From positions 1-64,000 of the IMG/VR virus record IMGVR_UViG_3300023083_000001: DNA of 64,000 bases; one strand, given 5' to 3'. Position numbers and translations under genes: made by a program. The notes beneath the pieces are model-generated. The model ran no database searches and was not told where the DNA came from. It worked only from the letters and a program-made list of their open reading frames with translations. Below are positions 32,302 to 39,972 of the stretch, one piece after another. How positions within the stretch are numbered: position 1 is the stretch's first letter; each line of letters starts with the position of its first letter.

Positions 32302-32800
32302 CTTTATGTTCAAGGATCAGCGTTAGTCGATCCTCGGGGATTTCTTCGTACGTCCTATACACCCAGTCAGCAAACTTCAACAACTGCGATGGTGTTGCGA
32401 ATGACTTCATCGAGTTTGCCAACTGACTAATTACCTGAACGTTTCCTGGAGCGTAATCGATCGTAGTATCAATTCTATCCAAAGATGGGGAATTGTACTT
32501 CCCACCTGGAGACCCGGAATGGCAGACCAACGGAATGTCCAATACAGGACATCTTTCTGGAATGACGATATCGGCAACGGTAAGACTACAGATCGACTGC
32601 CTGTGTGTACTTCTGGCTTTGGCTCTCGCCAACATCCTGGACTCAGCGCTAGAGCTTTTCACACGCGCCGAGTTACATTTACCGCAAAGGGTAACTGTCT
32701 TAGAAGTCTTTGGAAACATCATACGGCAATTAGTACACTGCCTCTCCGTGTCGGAAATTAAGTTACCTTCACGATTGAGACGGTATTGGGTGGTGGTCAT
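32297..32800 (-). CDS. intron-encoded HNH-superfamily homing endonuclease
   Basis: N-terminal CxxC..CxxC, CPVL, SLDRID....Y.PGNVQVISQLANSMK beta-beta-alpha-Me motif; located 3' of P9. Confidence 0.85.
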   Translation of the reverse strand: MTTTQYRLNREGNLISDTERQCTNCRMMFPKTSKTVTLCGKCNSARVKSSSAESRMLARAKARSTHRQSICSLTVADIVIPERCPVLDIPLVCHSGSPGGKYNSPSLDRIDTTIDYAPGNVQVISQLANSMKSFATPSQLLKFADWVYRTYEEIPEDRLTLILEHKD

Positions 32801-33161
32801 ACGGACATCCTTGAGTTCTGTAATCTACATACTATTCAGAATTCAAGTATATCTACCCACCTGCAAGTCTCCTTGCAGAACAGACTACATCATCACCGAC
32901 TCCTGTCGGTGCTACGCGCTTCCCACCACTTGGCGGTACTCTACTCATCACCTATGTCATCATCCATGTAGGTGCTTTCGATAGTCGTTGAACCCGATTC
33001 GTGATACGTTAGACGTACTTTAGAACCTCGGCTGCTGATTGTCCTGTAATGATAGATTTTCAAGCATTCACGCTCACCGTTTCCAGTCACGTTGTAGCTC
33101 TATCACCTTTAGGAGTTTCCAGCAATTCGCGTAGTTTATTAACGTAACCTCATTGATGTTT
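32302..33161 (-). mobile_element. group I intron (IA2-like), 860 nt, in nrdJ
   Basis: P1 GUAACCUU/GAGGUUAC with U-G at the splice site; P AAUUGCUGGAA, Q AAUCAGCAG, R UUCAACGACUA, S GAUGUAGUC; P3 CUACGCG/CGCGUAG; terminal G; removal restores FCNL|TETN in frame. Confidence 0.93.
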
Positions 33162-34220
33162 AAGGTTACAGAATTGAAAGCCTGAACGACCGTCTTCGGT
33201 GTAAGCCCGCAGACCGATCTCGACACACGGGTTGTAACCCTGCTCGCTGTCTTCTGCGAAGATGAAGCCAGGCTCGCCGAATTCACGAACGGACTTCATG
33301 ATGGTTGCCCACTCAGAACGACCCAGCTCACTGCGGATCAGCAGTGCAGAGTTGTTAGAACGACCACGTTGCGGGTTGGTGGTGTACCAATCGCCTGTCT
33401 TGGCGGTGAGCATTTCTTTGTCATCTTTGGAGAAGATGCAGATCGTTGCAGCGCGCCGTATACCGCCTGACAGAACAGCGTCAGCCATGTGCATGACGAA
33501 GTCGTACGCGTGGATCGGTTTGAGCTGCAATTCAAGGTCTGGGTGTGCGATGCCATCAAGTAGTTCGCGACACTTCTCCAGAGAGCGTTGCAGGCCGTCA
33601 GGACCCGGTGCTTTAAAGCCGCCGGAGATCAATGCGCCGCGTGGACGGACTTCGGAGTAATCGAAGTGCACCTGAGTGTTCTTGTACTCAGGGAACGTAC
33701 CGCCGTCAACGAAGTAGCTGGATAGCAGAACGCCGAATGCGTCAGACCAACCTTCAATGCTGTCCGGCACGACGAAGACTTTGGCTTTGTCTTTACCAGG
33801 TGCAGTGACTTTCGGCAACTTGGCGATGTGGTGCTTTTGTACGGAGAACCCAACACCGCAGCCTGCCAGCAACAGATACATGGCGTGTTGGAAGAACTCG
33901 GTACGGTCGCAGTAGCTGAACGAGCAGTTGTACATACGCGCTTCGTGCTGGAAGATCTGAGGACCACCAAACTGCAAAGCACGCTGGGAGCCAAGTACGG
34001 CTTTATCTTTGTAAGCCAATTCAGCGAAGGCAATTGCCTCTTCCAACTCAGGTGACATTACCGCTGCATACTTCTCGCGGTGCATGTCCATCACACGCTC
34101 TACCGCCTCATCCCACGTCTCATACCGCCCAAGCTTCTCGGAGAACCGAGAATAACCCATGAAAAACTTGGAATCAGCCAACATGTCTTTGGCTAGGCTA
34201 GGTTGGAAGTTAGAATTCAT
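33162..34220 (-). CDS. nrdJ: class II ribonucleotide reductase, exon 1
   Basis: GGAG RBS before ATG 34220; YSR...ETWDEAVERV, MYNCS, GCGVGFS, GGIRRAA, GEPG, NPCVEI (thiyl Cys), FCNL. Confidence 0.9.
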
Positions 34221-34751
34221 TAACAGCTCCGTTGTGTTTTCGTATGACAAATTCTGGAGGATTTACGGTCCCTATATCGCTAGTGACCAGGGTTAAAATC
34301 TACTCTTATTTTTCGTCTTGGACATATACTAAGGTCTGATTTTTCGATTGACTTAATGGTATTAAAACTTAACGTTCAAGCGCTATATATTGACCCCGCA
34401 AACCCTTACTTTGGAGCGTTATCATGAGCAAACAACCGACCTACAGTTCAATCCCAGACCCAAGGGATTTTACACCCAATCAACCAGCAGTTATCCTCCA
34501 ACCGGTTGACGTCAGTGCGATCTGCAATTTCGCAGAGATCTACCCTACCGGAGCCAGCGAAGAAGTTAAGTTCATCGCTAACACTAATCATGTCATCGAT
34601 CTGGCTAGAACGGCCGGGTGGGGTGAGATTACCTTGATAGGTAAACAGATCCTGCTGGTAGCTAAACTCTCCCTGGACGATCCCGGCGTGCCTGCAAAAG
34701 CTGACGAGTAAGCTCCAGATCGTATAACCTACCTTACTGCGGTTATACGTC

Positions 34752-35042
34752 ATGATCAAATTCTGGAAACGTCACTCGCTCAGCATCGTACTCTTCACTA
34801 TTACCCTAGGTATGTTTCTTTCCAGCTGGCATCTGGGGAAAGCAGCTTGGGATGGTAAGGGTAGTTATTTTGACTTCTTTGTAGCGCAATCAATCTGGGC
34901 CTTCGAAGGTGATATGTTTGGAGGTTTCATTTTGGTTTTGTTTACCAAGTGGTTTAAAGAGTACGGTTCTGCTGCGAGTAACGACACGAAAGAAGAAAAG
35001 GCTGCGCGAGCCTCCATTGATAATCTGGAGGATCGCCCTTAA
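34752..35042 (+). CDS. small membrane protein (DUF6766-like)
   Basis: FWKRHSLSIVLF...LFTKWFKEYGSAAS. Confidence 0.55.
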   Translation: MIKFWKRHSLSIVLFTITLGMFLSSWHLGKAAWDGKGSYFDFFVAQSIWAFEGDMFGGFILVLFTKWFKEYGSAASNDTKEEKAARASIDNLEDRP

Positions 35043-35787
35043 TACGTATAAAAAGGAATTGCCATGGCAACTCGTAAAGGAAGTGTACTCCTCACCGTAG
35101 ATACGCAAGACAAAGCCGACGCCCTGGCTAAGTACTTCAAGGAGGAGTTTGTTGACATCGGTCCAATGTTAGCGCCTGGAAGTCGTACCCGTAAAGCTCA
35201 GCTAAACGAGGTAGCGTCAGGTATCTTGCACGGCCGTACCAAATTCGCCTATCTGGTCAAACCTAAAGATGAAAATGAAACCGGCAGAGACTGGTGGTTG
35301 ACCAAACACATCCAGTCAATTTACCCGCTTTACCACCAGTACGATAAAGTCGTTGTGATGTCAGACAAGACGTTGGTGTTCGAAAACCGTCAGATCGGCA
35401 CACGTTGCGCAACCCTGCTCAAGCTGGCTCAACAACTATGCGATGTAAACGCTCCAGACTTTTATCTGGAGATCTGCTGAGTAAGGTCTACTAGGAGGCC
35501 GGTCGATGTCCCTCTACAAATGTTTCGATACCGATCGCAACGGTAACTTCTATCTACTGACGGTCTCCATCAGCTATGACAAGAAAGGCACTCGTTCCGA
35601 TACCGTACAGCGAGTGGTACATCTGGGACGACACGCTAACCAGGACTACACCACCATCATCCGGGAACATGCGCCCGGTCTGACCAACGTGATGCTCTTC
35701 GCTGAAGCGCGTGAGTTGCCTGAGTCCGTCTTGGTTCAGTAACTTATTACACAGCCCACCAGTCTTATACGAGAAGAGGATTCCCGA

Positions 35788-36177
35788 ATGACTGATAAGA
35801 ACATCGAAGTAGGCAGTGTTGTCTACCTCAAGAGTGGTTCTCCTGGTTTGACTGTATTGGCCATTTCCGGTGATAGAGGCGGGCAATACCAAGATAAAGA
35901 TGGCGAACGGGTGCGTGGGTTGATGCCTAACCACGTACGAGTCACTTGGGAAGGTCCTCAGGGACTGGCTGAGTTCGAGAACTTCCCCACTGCTTGCGTA
36001 TCCTTGACCAAACCCGTCTGCCCTGACAGTGAAGCAACACTGGCTCGTATCAGGGAACTGCGTGAAATGGTTGCCAACATTCCAAAACGTGAAGTGCCGA
36101 TCAGTGGTCAGCGCCATTGGTACGTACAGCGCGGTGAAGTGCTCGATTGCTTCGATGAAGCCTTGGGTACTTTGTAA
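35788..36177 (+). CDS. DUF2158/YodC-like SH3-fold protein
   Basis: IEVGSVVYLKSGSPGLTV...VTW...FP..CV. Confidence 0.6.
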   Translation: MTDKNIEVGSVVYLKSGSPGLTVLAISGDRGGQYQDKDGERVRGLMPNHVRVTWEGPQGLAEFENFPTACVSLTKPVCPDSEATLARIRELREMVANIPKREVPISGQRHWYVQRGEVLDCFDEALGTL

Positions 36178-36184
36178 AGCGTTC

Positions 36185-36324
36185 GAAGCAGCACGGTGTG
36201 CCAGAGACGGTTGAATGGTGAATAGATGGAGTAACGTCCATTACAGAGCTACAGTGAAGACAGTGTCCGCCTGGGACTATACTGAATCTAACCGTGGGTT
36301 CGAATCCCATCGCCGTGTTGCTTC
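36185..36324 (+). ncRNA. tRNA-like RNA 1 (anticodon arm replaced by ~70-nt domain)
   Basis: 14-bp terminal stem GAAGCAGCACGGTG/CGCCGTGTTGCTTC; class-II-type D arm TG-CCA-GAGACGGTTGAA-TGG; T arm GTGGG-TTCGAAT-CCCAT. Confidence 0.75.
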
Positions 36325-36328
36325 AAAC

Positions 36329-36574
36329 CTCGTTCGCCAGCAGATAAGTCTGGCAAACATTGAGTGTGATGTGCCTAAACTACCCAGGCGCCGGACTGTA
36401 CGTCACCTCTCTTATCGATCCCTACGACCATACCCAGTGAGTCTATTTACTGAATTGCGAGGGAAGTCCACAGCCGCCGCACCCCGATAGGATGTAACCA
36501 CTGGAATAGACTCTGGAGGTTACCGCCCGATACTGACCTGAAAGCGTAAGAAGGTCCGGTTGGTCACGAACGAG
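36329..36574 (+). ncRNA. ~250-nt structured RNA with kissing loops and pseudoknot
   Basis: Closing stem CTCGTTCG/CGAACGAG; complementary hairpin loops GTCTAT and ATAGAC; CCGGACT/GGTCCGG long-range pair; followed by a UUCG hairpin. Confidence 0.65.
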
Positions 36575-36588
36575 ATACCCGTGGCACG

Positions 36589-36610
36589 TTACCTCCCTTC
36601 GGGGAGGTAG
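36589..36610 (+). terminator. UUCG-capped hairpin (terminator or processing/stabilising stem)
   Basis: TTACCTCCC-TTCG-GGGAGGTAG. Confidence 0.6.
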
Positions 36611-36622
36611 CACTTATTATAT

Positions 36623-36726
36623 ACCGAATGCGCTCGAAAGAGCCAGCCAGTAAGGGTGGGTCAGTTCCGCCTCGCTGACCGAGGGTAGGTGCGAAAGGAG
36701 TGGGGTTCAATTCCCCATGATTCAGT
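36623..36726 (+). ncRNA. tRNA-like RNA 2 (degenerate acceptor stem)
   Basis: T arm TGGGG-TTCAATT-CCCCA; GCTC-GAAA-GAGC in D position; GGTCAG/CTGACC internal stem. Confidence 0.5.
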
Positions 36727-36827
36727 CTTAGGGACAATAATCCTTAAGTAACTCTGGTGAGACAAATGGTCCGGGCGACACGCCCGTTAAACGCACCGGC
36801 GGAATCCGGTCGAAGTGTAAAGTTTCT

Positions 36828-36912
36828 GGAGAGGTTCCCGAGCGGTCAAAGGGGGCAGACTGTAAATCTGCTGTCGCGTACTTCGAAGGTTCGAATCCTT
36901 CTCTCTCCACCA
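36828..36912 (+). tRNA. tRNA-Tyr (GTA)
   Basis: GGAGAGG/TCTCTCC acceptor, GCAGA-CTGTAAA-TCTGC anticodon arm, long V arm, GAAGG-TTCGAAT-CCTTC, encoded ACCA. Confidence 0.97.
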
Positions 36913-37015
36913 ATTACGATCCTTTGTAACTGCACGCGACTTGCCATTGAGCGAACGTCATTCGGGCAGAAGCATTAACTTGGCGCTGTTGGCGCTGGGA
37001 GGGTCACCTTTACTC

Positions 37016-37101
37016 GGATCGATAGGGAAGTGGCTTAACCCAACGGCCTGCAAAGCCGTCTTCGAAAGATACCGTCAGTTCAAATCTGACTCGATCCTCC
37101 A
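37016..37101 (+). tRNA. tRNA-Cys (GCA) with long variable region
   Basis: GGATCGA/TCGATCC acceptor, U73, CCA; ACGGC-CTGCAAA-GCCGT; GTCAG-TTCAAAT-CTGAC. Confidence 0.92.
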
Positions 37102-37115
37102 ATTTAGGAATCGGC

Positions 37116-37268
37116 ATGGTTACTGTAATGAAGCTGGATCTCAGTAAAGTCAATTCGGTTCCGCCTGAGTTTCATCTGGAAAAGATCCGTCAATTCCAGG
37201 AAGCTCAAACCAAGCTTGAACAGGTCTGCAAAGAGAAAGGTATTCCTGTACCGATCATGGTCTGTTAA
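37116..37268 (+). CDS. small hypothetical protein (50 aa) inside the RNA cluster
   Basis: AGGA RBS; MVTVMKLDLSKVNSVPPEFHLEKIRQFQEAQTKLEQVCKEKGIPVPIMVC. Confidence 0.6.
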   Translation: MVTVMKLDLSKVNSVPPEFHLEKIRQFQEAQTKLEQVCKEKGIPVPIMVC

Positions 37269-37278
37269 TAGTTTCAAT

Positions 37279-37406
37279 CCCTCGGTCCGCAGTTGGGCGG
37301 GGTCACTGTAAGGCGATACGATACGGGAAGAGGTCGAACAAGTTTTGATAGGTCGTTCGTCCGTCGCTGGAAGTTACCGGGAGTTCGACACTTCCACTTA
37401 GGGCCA
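37279..37406 (+). ncRNA. tRNA-like RNA 3 with encoded CCA
   Basis: CCTCGGT/ACTTAGG acceptor + G + CCA; CCGC-AGTTGG-GCGG D-like arm; GGGAG-TTCGACA-CTTCC T arm; ~78-nt insert closed by GGTCACT/AGTTACC. Confidence 0.7.
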
Positions 37407-37410
37407 AACA

Positions 37411-37444
37411 ACATAGACGCCCGGCCTAGTGCCGGGCTTTATGC
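37411..37444. repeat. dispersed CATA-GC hairpin-TATG element
   Basis: ACATAGACGCCCGGCCTAGTGCCGGGCTTTATGC. Confidence 0.85.
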
Positions 37445-37452
37445 TGCTAATG

Positions 37453-37480
37453 TTTTAAAGCAATACATTACAGTGGTGAG
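37453..37480 (+). promoter_or_regulatory. putative phage early promoter
   Basis: TTTTAAAGCAA-TACATTAC-N5-TGAG. Confidence 0.7.
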
Positions 37481-37504
37481 TCCATCTATCACACAGGTGT
37501 CTAA

Positions 37505-37852
37505 ATGAAAGCATTAGTAGTCGCAGTCCTGTTATTGATCTCAGGTTACGTTCACGCTGAAACCGAGAAGATCATGAAGTACACTAACAAAGATTGTGAA
37601 CGCCTACGTTCCAATCTTCAAATCATCGCGGACAAGCAACAGAAGGGCGTTGACTTCAACGTCGCCATTGCAAGCCTGTACCGACCTTCAGTCTTAAGTG
37701 ACTTTACCTACAGGGCGTCTCTGTGGATGCTGGTCTTTTCCTCTAACAAGTTTTACGAAGTCCCTAACATGGATCAGAGTATGTATATTGGTAAAATATA
37801 CACTACGTGTATGGGAAAAGTCGGAACCGGTTATTGGACCTATTACGAATAA
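37505..37852 (+). CDS. secreted two-cysteine protein, paralog A
   Basis: Signal peptide (VHA|E); T..DC ... G V ... YR..L ... Y.TCM. Confidence 0.7.
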   Translation: MKALVVAVLLLISGYVHAETEKIMKYTNKDCERLRSNLQIIADKQQKGVDFNVAIASLYRPSVLSDFTYRASLWMLVFSSNKFYEVPNMDQSMYIGKIYTTCMGKVGTGYWTYYE

Positions 37853-39972
37853 AGGGGTTTGTAGCAATGCTTAATCATTTCAAAGGGCTGACGTTCGAGA
37901 ACAAATACTTCGCTATGCGCCCGTTGCTTGTCCATGCAATTCATGCGCTGTCTGACTTACCGCTGTTGTCGTTTACGTTGATAGACGATACGGGAGATTC
38001 ATCTAAGGTCTACTACGACCTGGATTTCATAGATTACAATCCAGAGCACCACGTTCCCAGTCACCTGGCGCACTCCCTTGCCAACAGGGTCTGTAGCGCT
38101 ATGATGCAAGAGGGTGTTCGCTTCGATGGTGAAGAGGAACGTTGGCACGGTAGTCCTGGCGACTATTTGGCGTCGGTGATCAGGGGAACAATCAACCGTA
38201 AGTATCCTAACGGCAGCTCAGTCATCCGCGAGGACATCATGACTGTCAGACTGCCGCAAGGGGCCGTGCTCCTTGTACTCGACAAAGACCACGAACGGTT
38301 GGACAGTACCAAACCACACAACCGTGAAGACCTTCTTCACACACTCATGCTTGGGAAGGTCAACTTCTTCGGTATTGACAAGGTCTGGATGTTTCACCAA
38401 CCACATGTGAAGTTCACGGAAATCAGCATTCCGTCACCGAACATCCTGTTGAACGAGATCATCGATATTGTCTTCCAAACATTCCCCTTCCTTAAAGGAC
38501 ATGTGGTGTTTGGTCCTGAGATCAGTTACATCACTGACAAGCCTTAAGGAGCTGTAGTCGATGGAAATCAATAACGATGTAAACGCAGTCATCATCGATT
38601 TGAAGCTGTACAACGAACTGCTGCGAATGGCAGACTTCGCTATCAGTGAAGTACGGTCTAACGAAACAATCGTAAGGCGTATCAACAAACATGTCTGTCG
38701 TTTTAACCCGTACATTGCCGAGGCTCAGAAGGTAGGCCGGGAAGTGATCGCATTGTCGACAAAGACCATGCGCGATAAGTTGAAGAGCTTATACAGAACC
38801 GGCGGTAAGCAGGTCTACTACCGCGAAGATAAAGACGTGTACTGGCCTGTCACGCTGGGTAAACAAATGAAGTACGATTGGACGATGGTGCGGATGAAGT
38901 CCGCTACTGAACATCGTAAGTTCTCGTCGTACGAAATCTGGCAGCATCTGAATAGCTTTGTGGTCGAGGGTGACGTTCGACTGTGTCCTAACCCAAACGT
39001 TCCTGGTTCGTTCATGAGAGCCTTGACCGAAGCTGAACGTAACGCTGAGTGGGAAAGGAACCAACCACCTGTTGTCAAAAAATCAAAACCTTACAACTTG
39101 AAAGTTATCATCACCGGCGATTCACTTACGGTGCATAAAGAAAGATCTGACGGTGAGGTGGTCGTAGAGCCTGACGATCAAGAAGAACCGAAACTGTATC
39201 TTGCGAAAATCAGATCGTTAATGAACGATTGTGTGGACGAACACCTCATTGCAGATCTTTATCGGATTGCCGATGATACCTTCGGCGGTGATCGCTACTT
39301 CGGCCAATTGCTTGTGGAGCAAAAGTGATGTTTCCGTTAAAGGACATGGTTCCAAAGAAGTACAGTCCGGTGATCGTTTACTTCAACGCCAGTTCGGTGG
39401 AAGAACTTGAAGCACAGCGTACCGCAGTACATGAGTCGATGGTTGCTAACGGTTATCACTTGCAAGCGTTCTCAAGTCATAGTTCTGTTAGTGTGGAGGT
39501 TGCATATCTCTCTACACCGATGAAGCAGTTGGCTGATGCAGAGTTCTTGCATTCAGATCGCAATTCGGCAGGACATCTTTTCCATGACAAGAAAACATTG
39601 GAACTTCCGCTCGACCACGGATTGAATGGTACCTGGCCGTTTTCTGAGGCTGATACCAATGACCTTGATCATAATTCGATGGTCGTATCCCGCTCCAATG
39701 GTGAGGTGTTGGTATATTGGAAAGAGTGGCGACTCACTCACATGCAAGCTAGACTGATAACTATCAGTCTAGCTGAGAAGGAATTTCCAATGGTCCGTAT
39801 TGTCATCGATGCGGAAGGGAAGTTTCGAATTGACCTCGATCAGTCCTTCCCTAAAGGACTGAAACTAACTGTTACTTACTAGCTAAGTGCCATTATGTGC
39901 CGAGGATATGATAGGACCCGGAGCACACCCCCTAATTCCAGCTACATCCCACGAATGAAAGGATATCGAGTC

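Noticed and set aside
34268-34396. NrdR-box-like sequences and possible cobalamin riboswitch upstream of nrdJ
   Set aside because: One box has an extra base, spacing is ~110 bp, CTATATATTG could equally be a phage promoter for the divergent gene, and no B12-box motifs are present
36387-36465. glmS-ribozyme-like words (GCGCC.GGACT, TTATCGA, CGAGG)
   Set aside because: Elements occur in the wrong order and there is no glmS gene context
36459-36590. GAGGGAAGTCC resembling RNase P RNA CR-I, with GTGGC as a possible P4 partner
   Set aside because: P4 would be only ~5 bp, no ACAnAA...GGCUUA CR-V or clear P2/P3 arrangement; not supportable without a covariance-model search
36215-37147. ORFs 36215-36490, 36728-36913, 36757-36978 and 36941-37147
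   Set aside because: They overlap tRNAs and structured RNAs and lack RBSs
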